DNA from: Eledone cirrhosa
Taxonomy: Eukaryota
Length of the DNA stretch: 64,000 nucleotides
Assembly: GCA_964016885.1 (NCBI GenBank)
Contig: OZ024744.1
Span: forward strand, 110,422,001-110,486,000
Direction of reading: 5' to 3'
The notes under the pieces were generated by a model. That model saw nothing but the letters and a program-made list of their open reading frames with translations. It did not search any database and was not told the origin of the DNA. The position numbers and the translations under genes are program-made. Positions within the stretch are counted from its first letter, which is position 1. Each line of letters starts with the position of its first letter. This document shows, piece after piece, positions 45,101 to 60,900 of this stretch.

Positions 45101-46100
45101 GCTCTGAACACAGTAAAACTACACAATCCACTTTAATTTACCTTGCTCTGAACACAGTAAAACTACACAATCCACTATGACTTAGCTCGTCCTGAACACC
45201 GTAAAACTACACAATCCACCATAACTTACCTTGCCCTGAACACAGTAAAAGTACATAATCCACTATAACTTACCTTGCCCTGAACACAGTATAACTTACC
45301 TTGCCCTGAACACAGTAAAACTACACAATCCACTATAAATTACGTTGCTCTGAACACAGTAAAACTACATAATCCACTATAACTTACCTTGCCCTGAAAA
45401 CACTAAAACTACACAATCTTCTATAACTTACCTTGCACTGAACACAGTAAAACTAGACAATCCCCTATACTTTACCTTGCTCTGAACACAGTAAAGCTAC
45501 ACAATCCACTATAACTTACTTTTCTGAACACAGTAAAACTACACAATCCACTATAACTTAAATTGCCCTGAACTCAGTAAAACTACATAATCCACTGTAA
45601 CTTACCTTGCCCTGAACACAGTAAAACTACACAACCCACTATAAGTTACCTTGCCCTGAACACGGTAAAACTACACGATCCACTATAACTTACCTTGCCC
45701 TGAACACAGTAAAAGTACATAATCCACTATAACTTACCTTGCCCTGAACACAGTATAACTTACCTTGCTCTGAACACAGTAAAACTACACAATCCAATTT
45801 AACTTACCTTGCTCTGAACACAGTAAATCTACACAATCCACTTTAACTTACCTTGCTCTGAACACAGTAAAACTACACAATCGACTATAACTTACCTTGC
45901 TCTGAACACAGTAAAACTACACAATCCACTTTAACTTACCTTGCTCTGAACACAGTAAAACTACACAATCCACTATAACTTACCTTGCCTTGAACACAGT
46001 AAAATTACACAATCCATTATAACTAACCTTGCCCCGAACACAGTAAAACTACACAATCCACTATAACTTACCTTGCCCTCAACACAGTAAAACTACACAA
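36120..46100. repeat. HOR of about 2.8-2.9 kb with monomer-number variation and one truncated 1811-bp copy
   Basis: TTAGCTCGTCC has its diagnostic G at 37638, 40442, 43378 and 45189 (gaps 2804, 2936, 1811). TCGA sites at 36258, 39018 and 41954 give gaps of 2760 and 2936. Confidence 0.85.
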
Positions 46101-49100
46101 TCCACTATAACTTACCTTGCTCTGAACACAGTAAAACTACATAATCCACTATAACTTACCTTGCCCTGAACACAGTAAAACTACACCATCCACTATAAAT
46201 TACGTTGCCATGAACATACTAAAACTACACGATCTTCTATAACTTACCTTGCCCTGAACACAGTAAAACCACACAATCCACTATAACTTACCTTGCCCTG
46301 AACACAGTAAAACTACACAATCCACTATAACTTACCTTGCCCTGAACACAGTAAAACTACACAATCCACTATAACTTACCTTGCCCTGAACACAGTAAAA
46401 CTACACAATCCACTATAACTTACCTTGCCCTGAACACCATAAAACTACACAATCCACTTCAACTTATCTTGCTCTGAACACAGTAAAACTACACAATCCA
46501 CTATAACTTACCTTGCCTTGAACACAGTAAAATTACACAATCCACTATAACTAACCTTGCTCTGAACACAGTAAAACTACATAATACACTATAACTTACC
46601 TTGCCCTGAACACACTAAAACTACACAATCTTCTATAACTTACCTTGCCCTGAACACAGTAAAACTAAACAATCCCCTATACCTTACCTTGCTCTGAACA
46701 CAGTAAAACTACACAATCCACTATAACTTACTTTTCTGAACACAGTAAAACTCCACAATCCACTATAACTTAAATTGCCCTGAACTCAGTAAAACTACAT
46801 AATCCACTGTAACTTACCTTGCCCTGAACACAGTAAAACTACACAACCCACTATAACTTACCTTGCCCTGAACACAGTAAAACTACACGATCCACTATAA
46901 CTTACCTTGCCCTGAACACAGTAAAAGTACATAATCCACTATAACTTACCTTGCCCTGAACACAGTATAACTTACCTTGCTCTGAACACAGTAAAACTAC
47001 ACAATCCAATTTAACTTACCTTGCTCTGAACACAGTAAATCTACACAATCCACTTTAACTTACCTTGCTCTGAACACAGTAAAACTACACAATCGACTAT
47101 AACTTACCTTGCTCTGAACACAGTAAAACTACACAATCCACTTTAACTTACCTTGCTCTGAACACAGTAAAACTACACAATCCACTATAACTTACCTTGC
47201 CCTGAACACAGTAAAATTACACAATCCACTATAACTAACCTTGCCCTGAACTCAGTAAAACTACACAATCCACTATAACTTACCTGGCTCTGAACACAGT
47301 AAAACTACATAATCCACTTTAATTTACCTTGCTCTGAACACAGTAAAACTACACAATCCACTATAACTTAGCTTGTCCTGAACACAGTAAAACTACACAA
47401 TCCACTATAACTTACCTTGCCCTGAACACGGTATAACTTACCTTGCTCTGAACACAGTAAAACTACACAATCCCATTTAACTTACCTTGCTCTGAACACA
47501 GTAAAACTACACAATTCACTTTAACTTACCTTGCCCTGAACACAGTAAAACTACACAATCCACTATAAATTACCTTGCTCTGAACACAGTAAAACTACAT
47601 AATCCACTATAACTTACCTTGCCCTGAACACACTAAAACTACACAATCTTCTATAACTTACCTTGCCCTGAACACAGTAAAACTAGACAATCCCCTATAC
47701 CTTACCTGGCTCTGAACACAGTAAAACTACACAATCCACTATAACTTACTTTTCTGAACACAGTAAAACTACACAATCCACTATAACTTAAATTGCCCTG
47801 AACTCAGTAAAACTACATAATCCACTGTAACTTACCTTACCCTGAACACAGTAAAACTACTCAACCCACTATAACTTACCTTGCCCTGAACACAGTAAAA
47901 CTACACGATCCACTATAACTTACCTTGCCCTGAACACAGTAAAAGTACATAATCCACTATAACTTACCTTGCCCTGAACACAGTATAACTTACCTTGCTC
48001 TGAACACAGTAAAACTACACAATCCAATTTAACTTACCTTGCTCTGAACACAGTAAATCTACACAATCCACTTTAACTTACCTTGCTCTGAACAGAGTAA
48101 AACTACACAATCGACTATAACTTACCTTGCTCTGAACACAGTAAAACTACACAATCCACGTTAACTTACCTTGCTCTGAACACAGTAAAACTACACAATC
48201 CACTATAACTTACCTTGCCTTGAACACAGTAAAATTACACAATCCATTATAACTAACCTTGCCCCGAACACAGTAAAACTACACAATCCACTATAACTTA
48301 CCTTGCCCTGAACACAGTAAAACTACACAATCCACTATAACTTACCTTGCTCTGAACACAGTAAAACTACATAATCCAATATAACTTACCTTGCCCTGAA
48401 CACAGTAAAACTAACACAATCCACTATAACTTACCTTGCCCTGAACACAGTAAATCTACACCATCCACTATAAATTACGTTGCCATGAACATACTAAAAC
48501 TACACGATCTTCTATAACTTACCTTGCCCTGAACACAGTAAAATCACACAATCCACTATAACTTACCTTGCCCTGAACACAGTAAAACTACACAATCCAC
48601 TATAACTTACCTTGCCCTGAACACAGTAAAACTACACAATCCACTATAACTTACCTTGCACTGAACACAGTAAAACTACACAATCCACTATAACTTACCT
48701 TGCCCTGAACACCATAAAACTACACAATCCACTTCAACTTATCTTGCTCTGAACACAGTAAAACAACGCAACCCACTATAACTTACCTTGCTCTGAACAC
48801 AGTAAAACTATATAATCCACTATTGCTTACCTTGCCCTGAACACAGCAAAACTACATAATCCACTATAACTTACCTTGCTCTGAACACAGTAAAACTACA
48901 CAATCCACTATAACTTACCTTGCTCTGAACACAGTAAAACTACACAACACACTATAACTTACCTTGCCCTGAACACAGTAAAACTACATAATCCACTATT
49001 GCTTACCTTGCCCTGAACACAGTAAAATTACACAATCCACTATAACTAACCTTGCCCTGAACACAGTAAAACTACACAATCCACTATAACTTACTTTGCT

Positions 49101-49849
49101 CTGATCACAGTAAAATTACACAATCCACTATAACTAACCTTGCCCTGAACACAGTAAAACTACCCATTCCACTATAACTTACCTTGCTCTGAACACAGTA
49201 AAACTACACAATCCACTTTAACTTACCTTGCTCTGAACACAGTAAAACTACACAATCCACTATAACTTAGCTTGCCCTGAACACAGTAAAACTACACAAT
49301 CCAGCATAACTTACCTTGCCCTGAACACAGTAAAAGTACATAATCCACTATAACTTACCTTGCCCTGAACACAGTATAACTTACCTTGCTCTGAACACAG
49401 TAAAACTACACGATCCACTTTAATTTTCCTTGCTCTGAACACAGTAAAACTACACAATCCACTTTAACTTACCTTGCTTTGAACACAGTAAACTACACAA
49501 TCCACTATAACTTACCTTGCCCTGAACACAGTAAAACTACGTAATCCACTATAACTTACCTTGCCCTGAACACAGTAAAACTAGACAATCCACTATAATT
49601 TACCTTGCCTTGAACACAGTAAAATTACACAATCCACTATAACTAACGTTGCCCCGAACACAGTAAAACTACACAATCCACTATAACTTACCTTGATCTG
49701 AACACAGTAAAACTACACATTCCACTTTAACTTACCTTGCTTTGAACACAGTAAACTACACAATCCACTATAACTTACCTTGCCCTGAACACAGTAAAAC
49801 TACGTAATCCACTATAATTTACCTTGCCTTGAACACAGTAAAACTACAC

Positions 49850-52600
49850 AATCCACTATAACTCACCTTGCTCTGAACACAGTAAAACTACATAATCCAC
49901 TATAACTTACCTTGCCCTGAACACAGTAAAACTAACACAATCCACTATAACTTACCTTGCCCTGAACACAGTAAAACTACACAATCCACTATAAATTATG
50001 TTTCCATGAACATACTAAAACTACACAATCTTCTATAACTTACCTTGCTCTGAACACAGTAAAACTACACAATCCACTTCAACTTACCTTGCTCTGAACA
50101 CAGTAAAACTACACAATCCACTATAACTTCCCTTGCCCTGAACACAGTAAAATTACACAATCCACTATAACTTACCTTGCCCTGAACACAGTAAAACTAC
50201 ATAATCCACTATAACTTAACATGCTCTGAACACAGTAAAACTACACAACCCACTATAACTTACCTTGCCCTGAACACAGTAAAACTACACAATCCACAAT
50301 AACTTACCTTGCCCTGAATATAGTAAAACTACGTAATCCACTATAACTTACCTTCCTCTAAACACAGTAAAACTACACAATCCACTATAACTTACCTTGC
50401 CCTGAACACAGTAAAACTACGTAATCCACTATAACTTACCTTGCCCTGACACAGTAAAACTACAGAATCCACTATAACTCACCTTGCTCTGAACACAGTA
50501 AAACTACATAATCCACTATAACTTACCTTGCCCTGAACACAGTAAAACTAACACAATCCACTATAACTTACCTTGCCCTGAACACAGTAAAACTACACAA
50601 TCCACTATAAATTATGTTTCCATGAACATACTAAATCTACACAATCTTCTATAACTTACCTTGCCCTGAACACAGTAAAACTACACAATCCACTATAACT
50701 TACCTTGCCTGAACACAGTAAAACTACACAATCCACTATAACTTACCTTGCCCTGAACACAGTAAAACTACACAATCCACTATAACTTACCTTGCCCTGA
50801 ACACAGTAAAACTACACAATCCACTTCAACTTACCTTGCTCTGAACACAGTAAAACTACACAATCCACTATAACTTACCTTGCCCTGAACACAGTAAAAC
50901 TACACAATCCACTATAACTTACTTTGCTCTGAATACAGTAAAACTACACAATCCACTTTAACTTACCTTGCTCTGAACACAGTAAAACTACACAATCCAC
51001 TTCAACTTACCTTGCTCTGAACACAGTAAAACTACACAATCCACTTCAACTTACCTTGCTCTGAACACAGTAAAACTACACAATCCACTATAACTTACCT
51101 TGCCCTGAACACAGTAAAATTACACAATCCACTATAACTTACCTTGCCCTGAACACAGTAAAACTAACACAATCCACTATAACTTACCTTGCCCTGAACA
51201 CAGTAAAACTACACAATCCACTATAAATTATGTTTCCATGAACATACTAAAACTACACAATCTTCTATAACTTACCTTGCTCTGAACACAGTAAAACTAC
51301 ACAATCCACTTTAACTTACCTTGCTCTGAACACAGTAAAACTACACAATCCACTTCAACTTACCTTGCTCTGAACACAGTAAAACTACACAATCCACTAT
51401 AACTTACCTTGCCCTGAACACAGTAAAATTACACAATCCACTATAACTTACCTTGCCCTGAACACAGTAAAACTACATAATCCACTACAACTTAACATGC
51501 TCTGAACACAGTAAAACTACACAACCCACTATAACTTACCTTGCCCTGAACACAGTAAAATTACACGATCCACAATAACTTACCTTGCCCTGAATATAGT
51601 AAAACTACGTAATCCACTATAACTTACCTTCCTCTAAACACAGTAAAACTACACAATCCACTATAACTTACCTTGCCCTGAACACAGTAAAACTACGTAA
51701 TCCACTATAACTTACCTTGCCCTGACACAGTAAAACTACAGAATCCACTATAACTCACCTTGCTCTGAACACAGTAAAACTACATAATCCACTATAACTT
51801 ACCTTGCCCTGAACACAGTAAAACTAACACAATCCACTATAACTTACCTTGCCCTGAACACAGTAAAACTACACAATCCACTATAAATTATGTTTCCATG
51901 AACATACTAAAACTACACAATCTTCTATAACTTACCTTGCCCTGAACACAGTAAAACTACACAATCCACTTCAACTTACCTTGCTCTGAACACAGTAAAA
52001 CTACACAATCCACTATAACTTACCTTGCCCTGAACACAGTAAAATTACACAATCCACTATAACTTACCTTGCCCTGAACACAGTAAAACTACATAATCCA
52101 CTATAACTTAACATGCTCTGAACACAGTAAAACTACACAACCCACTATAACTTACCTTGCCCTGAACACAGTAAAACTACACAATCCACAATAACTTACC
52201 TTGCCCTGAATATAGTAAAACTACGTAATCCACTATAACTTACCTTCCTCTAAACACAGTAAAACTACACAATCCACTATAACTTACCTTGCCCTGAACA
52301 CAGTAAAACTACGTAATCCACTATAACTTACCTTGCCCTGACACAGTAAAACTACAGAATCCACTATAACTCACCTTGCTCTGAACACAGTAAAACTACA
52401 TAATCCACTATAACTTACCTTGCCCTGAACACAGTAAAACTAACACAATCCACTATAACTTACCTTGCCCTGAACACAGTAAAACTACACAATCCACTAT
52501 AAATTATGTTTCCATGAACATACTAAAACTACACAATCTTCTATAACTTACCTTGCCCTGAACACAGTAAAACTACACAATCCACTATAACTTACCTTGC
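49850..52600. repeat. Short HOR, about 616 bp (14 monomers)
   Basis: AATTATGTTTCCATG has its first G at 50000, 50616, 51232, 51892 and 52508 (gaps 616, 616, 660, 616). Confidence 0.8.
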
Positions 52601-54979
52601 CCTGAACACAGTAAAACTACACAATCCACTATAACTTACCTTGCCTGAACACAGTAAAACTACACAATCCACTATAACTTACCTTGCCCTGAACACAGTA
52701 AAACTACACAATCCACTATAACTTACCTTGCCCTGAACACAGTAAAACTACACAATCCACTTCAACTTACCTTGCTCTGAACACAGTAAAACTACACAAT
52801 CCACTATAACTTACCTTGCCCTGAACACAGTAAAACTACACAATCCACTATAACTTACTTTGCTCTGAACACAGTAAAACTACACAATCCACTTTAACTT
52901 ACCTTGCTCTGAACACAGTAAAACTACACAATCCACTTCAACTTACCTTGCCCTGAACACAGTAAAATTACACAATCCACTATAACTTACCTTGCCCTGA
53001 ACACAGTTAAACTACACAATCCACAATAACTTACCTTGCCCTGAACATAGTAAAACTACGTAATCCACTATAACTTACCTTCCTCTAAACACAGTAAAAC
53101 TACACAATCCACTATAACTTACCTTGCCCTGAACACAGTAAAACTACGTAATCCACTATAACTTACCTTGCCCTGAACACAGTAAAACTAGACAGTCCAC
53201 TATAATTTACCTTGCCCTGAACACACTAAATCTACACAATCCACTATAACTTACCTTGCTCTGAACACAGTAAAACTACATAATCCACTATAACTTACCT
53301 TGCCCTGAACACAGTAAAACTAACACAATCCACTATAACTTACCTTGCCCTGAACACAGTAAAACTACACCATCCACTATAAATTACATTGCCATGAACA
53401 TACTAAAACTACACGATCTTCTATAGCTTACCTTGCCCTGAACACAGTAAAACCACACAATCCACTATAACTTACCTTGCCCTGAACACAGTAAAACTAC
53501 ACAATCCACTATAACTTACCTTGCCCTGAACACAGTAAAACTACACAATCCACTATAACTTACCTTGCCCAGAACACAGTAAAACTACACAATCCACTTC
53601 AACTTACCTTGCTCTGAACACAGTAAAACTACATAATCCACAATAACTTACCTTGCCCTGAACACAGTAAAATTACACAATCCACTATAACTAACCTTGC
53701 CCTGAACACAGTAAAACTACACAATCCACTATAACTTACCTGGCTCTGAACACAGTAAAACTACACAATCCACTTTAATTTACCTTGCTCTGAACACAGT
53801 AAAACTACACAATCCACTATAACTTAGCTTGTCCTGAACACCGTAAAACTACACAATCCACCATAACTTACCTTGCCCTGAACACAGTAAAAGTACATAA
53901 TCCACTATAACTTACCTTGCCCTGAACACAGTATAACTTACCTTGCCCTGAACACAGTAAAACTACACAATTCACTATAAATTACCTTGCTCTGAACACA
54001 GTAAAACTACACAATCTTCTATAACTTATCTTGCACTGAACACAGTAAAACTACACAATCTTCTATAACTTACCTTGCACTGAACACAGTAAAACTAGAC
54101 AATCCCCTATACCTTACCTTGCTCTGAACACAGTAAAGCTACACAATCCACTATAACTTACTTTTCTGAACATAGTAAAACTACACAATCCACTATAACT
54201 TAAATTGCCCTGAACTCAGTAAAACTACATAATCCACTGTAACTTACCTTGCCCTGAACACAGTAAAACTACACAACCCACTATAACTTACCTTGCCCTG
54301 AACACAGTAAAACTACACAATCCACTATAACTTAACTTGCCCTGAGCACGGTAAAACTACACAATCCACTTCAACTTACCTTGCTCTGAACACAGTAAAA
54401 CTACACAATCCACAATAACTTACCTTGCCCTGAACACAGTAAAATTACACAATCCACTATAACTAACCTTGCCCTGAACCCAGTAAAACTACACAATCCA
54501 CTATAACTTACCTGGCTCTGAACACAGTAAAACTACACAATCCACTTTAATTTACCTTGCTCTGAACACAGTAAAACTACACAATCCACTATAACTTAGC
54601 TTGTCCTGAACACAGTAAAACTACACAATCCACCATAACTTACCTTGCCCTAAACACAGTAAAAGTACATAATCCACTATAACTTACCTTGCCCTGAACA
54701 CAGTATAACTTACCTTGCTCTGAACACATTGAAACTACACAATCCAATTTAACTTTCCTTGCTCTGAACACAGTAAAACTACACAATCCACTATAACTTA
54801 CCTTGCCCTGAACACAGTAAAACTACACAATCCACCATAACTTACCTTGCCCTGAACACAGTAAAATTACACAATCCACTATAACTTACCTTGCCCTGAA
54901 CACAGTAAAACTACATAATCCACTATAACTTAACATGCTCTGAACACAGTAAAACTACACAACCCACTATAACTTACCT

Positions 54980-57900
54980 TGCCCTGAACACAGTAAAACT
55001 ACACAATCCACAATAACTTACCTTGCCCTGAATATAGTAAAACTACGTAATCCACTATAACTTACCTTCCTCTAAACACAGTAAAACTACACAATCCACT
55101 ATAACTTACCTTGCCCTGAACACAGTAAAACTACGTAATCCACTATAACTTACCTTGCCCTGACACAGTAAAACTACAGAATCCACTATAACTTACCTTG
55201 CCCTGAACACAGTAAAACTACGTAATCCACTATAACTTAACTGGCCCTGAACACAGTAAAACTACACAATCCACTATAGTTTACCTTGCCCTGAACACAG
55301 TAAAACTACACAATCCACTATAACTTACTTTGCCCTGAACACAGTAAAACTACACAATCCACTATAATTTACCTTGCTCTGAACACAGTAAAACTAACAC
55401 AATCCACTATAACTTACCTTGCCCTGAACACAGTAAAACTACACCATCCACTATAAATTACGTTGCCATGAACATACTAAAACTACACGATCTTCTATAA
55501 CTTACCTTGCCCTGAACACAGTAAAACCACACAATCCACTATAACTTACCTTGCCCTGAACACAGTAAATCTACACAATCCACTATAACTTACCATGCCC
55601 TGAACACAGTAAAACTACACAATCCACTATAACTTACCTTGCCCTGAACACAGTAAAACTACACAATCCACTATAACTTAACTTGCCCTGAGCACGGTAA
55701 AACTACACAATCCACTTCAACTTACCTTGCTCTGAACACAGTAAAACTACACAATCCACAATAACTTACCTTGCCCTGAACACAGTAAAATTACACAATC
55801 CACTATAACTAACCTTGCCCTGAACACAGTAAAACTACACAATCCACTATAACTTACCTGGCTCTGAACACAGTAAAACTACACAATCCACTTTAATTTA
55901 CCTTGCTCTGAACACAGTAAAACTACACAATCCACTATAACTTAGCTTGTCCTGAACACAGTAAAACTACACAATCCACCATAACTTACCTTGCCCTAAA
56001 CACAGTAAAAGTACATAATCCACTATAACTTACCTTGCCCTTAACACAGTATAACTTACCTTGCTCTGAACACAGTAAAACTACACAATCCAATTTAACT
56101 TACCTTGCTCTGAACACAGTAAAACTACACAATCCACTATAACTTACCTTGCCCTGAACACAGTAAAACTACACAATCCACCATAACTTACCTTGCCCTG
56201 AACACAGTAAAAGTACATAATCCACTATAACTTACCTTGCCCTGAACACAGTATAACTTACCTTGCTCTGAACACAGTAAAACTACACAATCCAATTTAA
56301 CTTACCTTGCTCTGAACACAGTAAAACTACACAATCCACTATAACTTACCTTGCCCTGAACACAGTCAAATTACACAATCCACTATAACTAACCTTGCCC
56401 TGAACACAGTAAAACTACACAATCCACTATAACTCACTTTGCTCTGAACACAGTAAAACTACACAATCCACTTTAACTTACCTTGCTCTGAACACAGTAA
56501 AACTACACAATCCACTTCAACTTACCTTGCTCTGAACACAGTAAAACTACACAATCCACTATAACTTACCTTGCCCTGAACACAGTAAAATTACACAATC
56601 CACTATAACTAACCTTGCCCTGAACACAGTAAAACTACACAATCCACTATAACTCACTTTGCTCTGAACACAGTAAAACTACACAATCCACTTTAACTTA
56701 CCTTGCTCTGAACACAGTAAAACTACACAATCCACTTCAACTTACCTTGCTCTGAACACAGTAAAACTACACAATCCACTATAACTTAACTTGCCCTGAG
56801 CACGGTAAAACTACACAATCCACTTCAACTTACCTTGCTCTGAACACAGTAAAACTACACAATCCACAATAACTTACCTTGCCCTGAACACAGTAAAATT
56901 ACACAATCCACTATAACTAACCTTGCCCTGAACACAGTAAAACTACACAATCCACTATAACTTACCTGGCTCTGAACACAGTAAAACTACACAATCCACT
57001 TTAATTTACCTTGCTCTGAACACAGTAAAACTACACAATCCACTATAACTTAGCTTGTCCTGAACACAGTAAAACTACACAATCCACCATAACTTACCTT
57101 GCCCTAAACACAGTAAAAGTACATAATCCACTATAACTTACCTTGCCCTGAACACAGTATAACTTACCTTGCTCTGAACACATTAAAACTACACAATCCA
57201 ATTTAACTTACCTTGCTCTGAACACAGTAAAACTACACAATCCACTATAACTTACCTTGCCCTGAACACAGTAAAACTACACAATCCACCATAACTTACC
57301 TTGCCCTGAACACAGTAAAATTACACAATCCACTATAACTTACCTTGCCCTGAACACAGTAAAACTACATAATCCACTATAACTTAACATGCTCTGAACA
57401 CAGTAAAACTACACAACCCACTATAACTTACCTTGCCCTGAACACAGTAAAACTACACAATCCACAATAACTTACCTTGCCCTGAACACAGTAAAACTAC
57501 GTAATCCACTATAACTTACCTTGCCCTGACACAGTAAAACTACAGAATCCACTATAACTTACCTTGCCCTGAACACAGTAAAACTACGTAATCCACTATA
57601 ACTTAACTGGCCCTGAACACAGTAAAACTACATAATCCACTATAGTTTACCTTGCCCTGAACACAGTAAAACTACACAATCCACTATAACTTACTTTGCC
57701 CTGAACACAGTAAAACTACACAATCCACTATAATTTACCTTGCTCTGAACACAGTAAAACTACATAATCCACTATAACTTACCTTGCCCTGAACACAGTA
57801 AAACTAACACATCCACTATAACTTACCTTGCCCTGAACACAGTAAAACTACACCATCCACTATAAATTACGTTGCCATGAACATACTAAAACTACACGAT

Positions 57901-60900
57901 CTTCTATAACTTACCTTGCCCTGAACACAGTAAAACCACACAATCCACTATAACTTACCTTGCCCTGAACACAGTAAATCTACACAATCCACTATAACTT
58001 ACCTTGCCCTGAACACAGTAAAACTACACAATCCACTATAACTTACCTTGCCCTGAACACAGTAAAACTACACAATCCACTATAACTTAACTTGCCCTGA
58101 GCACGGTAAAACTACACAATCCACTTCAACTTACCTTGCTCTGAACACAGTAAAACTACACAATCCACAATAACTTACCTTGCCCTGAACACAGTAAAAT
58201 TACACAATCCACTATAACTAACCTTGCCCTGAACACAGTAAAACTACACAATCCACTATAACTTACCCGGCTCTGAACACAGTAAAACTACACAATCCAC
58301 TTTAATTTACCTTGCTCTGAACACAGTAAAACTACACAATCCACTATAACTTAGCTTGTCCTGAACACAGTAAAACTACACAATCCACCATAACTTACCT
58401 TGCCCTAAACACAGTAAAAGTACATAATCCACTATAACTTACCTTGCCCTGAACACAGTATAACTTACCTTGCTCTGAACACAGTAAAACTACACAATCC
58501 AATTTAACTTACCTTGCTCTGAACACAGTAAAACTACACAATCCACTATAATTTACCTTGCCCTGAACACAGTAAAACTACACAATCCACCATAACTTAC
58601 CTTGCCCTGAACACAGTAAAAGTACATAATCCACTATAACTTACCTTGCCCTGAACACAGTATAACTTACCTTGCTCTGAACACAGTAAAACTACACAAT
58701 CCAATTTAACTTACCTTGCTCTGAACACAGTAAAACTACACAATCCACTATAACTTACCTTGCCCTGAACACAGTAAAATTACACAATCCACTATAACTA
58801 ACCTTGCCCTGAACACAGTAAAACTACACAATCCACTATAACTTACCTGGCTCTGAACACAGTAAAACTACACAATCCACTTTAATTTACCTTGCTCTGA
58901 ACACAGTAAAACTACACAATCCACTATAACTTACCTTGCCCTGAACACAGTAAAACTACACAATCCACAATAACTTACCTTGCCCTGAATATAGTAAAAC
59001 TACGTAATCCACTATAACTTACCTTCCTCTAAACACAGTAAAACTACACAATCCACTATAACTTACCTTGCCCTGAACACAGTAAAACTACGTAATCCAC
59101 TATAACTTACCTTGCCCTGACACAGTAAAACTACAGAATCCACTATAACTTACCTTGCCCTGAACACAGTAAAACTACGTAATCCACTATAACTTAACTG
59201 GCCCTGAACACAGTAAAACTACACAATCCACTATAGTTTACCTTGCCCTGAACACAGTAAAACTACACAATCCACTATAACTTACTTTGCCCTGAACACA
59301 GTAAAACTACACAATCCACTATAATTTACCTTGCTCTGAACACAGTAAAACTAACACAATCCACTATAACTTACCTTGCCCTGAACACAGTAAAACTACA
59401 CCATCCACTATAAATTACGTTGCCATGAACATACTAAAACTACACGATCTTCTATAACTTACCTTGCCCTGAACACAGTAAAACCACACAATCCACTATA
59501 ACTTACCATGCCCTGAACACAGTAAAACTACACAATCCACTATAACTTACCTTGCCCTGAACACAGTAAAACTACACAATCCACTATAACTTAACTTGCC
59601 CTGAGCACGGTAAAACTACACAATCCACTTCAACTTACCTTGCTCTGAACACAGTAAAACTACACAATCCACAATAACTTACCTTGCCCTGAACACAGTA
59701 AAATTACACAATCCACTATAACTAACCTTGCCCTGAACACAGTAAAACTACACAATCCACTATAACTTACCTGGCTCTGAACACAGTAAAACTACACAAT
59801 CCACTTTAATTTACCTTGCTCTGAACACAGTAAAACTACACAATCCACTATAACTTAGCTTGTCCTGAACACAGTAAAACTACACAATCCACCATAACTT
59901 ACCTTGCCCTAAACACAGTAAAAGTACATAATCCACTATAACTTACCTTGCCCTGAACACAGTATAACTTACCTTGCTCTGAACACAGTAAAACTACACA
60001 ATCCAATTTAACTTACCTTGCTCTGAACACAGTAAAACTACACAATCCACTATAACTTACCTTGCCCTGAACACAGTAAAACTACACAATCCACCATAAC
60101 TTACCTTGCCCTGAACACAGTAAAAGCACATAATCCACTATAACTTACCTTGCCCTGAACACAGTATAACTTACCTTGCTCTGAACACAGTAAAACTACA
60201 CAATCCAATTTAACTTACCTTGCTCTGAACACAGTAAAACTACACAATCCACTATAACTTACCTTGCCCTGAACACAGTAAAATTACACAATCCACTATA
60301 ACTAACCTTGCCCTGAACACAGTAAAACTACACAATCCACTATAACTCACTTTGCTCTGAACACAGTAAAACTACACAATCCACTTTAACTTACCTTGCT
60401 CTGAACACAGTAAAACTACACAATCCACTTCAACTTACCTTGCTCTGAACACAGTAAAACTACACAATCCACTATAACTTACCTTGCCCTGAACACAGTA
60501 AAATTACACAATCCACTATAACTAACCTTGCCCTGAACACAGTAAAACTACACAATCCACTATAACTCACTTTGCTCTGAACACAGTAAAACTACACAAT
60601 CCACTTTAACTTACCTTGCTCTGAACACAGTAAAACTACACAATCCACTTCAACTTACCTTGCTCTGAACACAGTAAAACTACACAATCCACTATAACTT
60701 AACTTGCCCTGAGCACGGTAAAACTACACAATCCACTTCAACTTACCTTGCTCTGAACACAGTAAAACTACACAATCCACAATAACTTACCTTGCCCTGA
60801 ACATAGTAAAATTACACAATCCACTATAACTAACCTTGCCCTGAACACAGTAAAACTACACAATCCACTATAACTTACCTGGCTCTGAACACAGTAAAAC

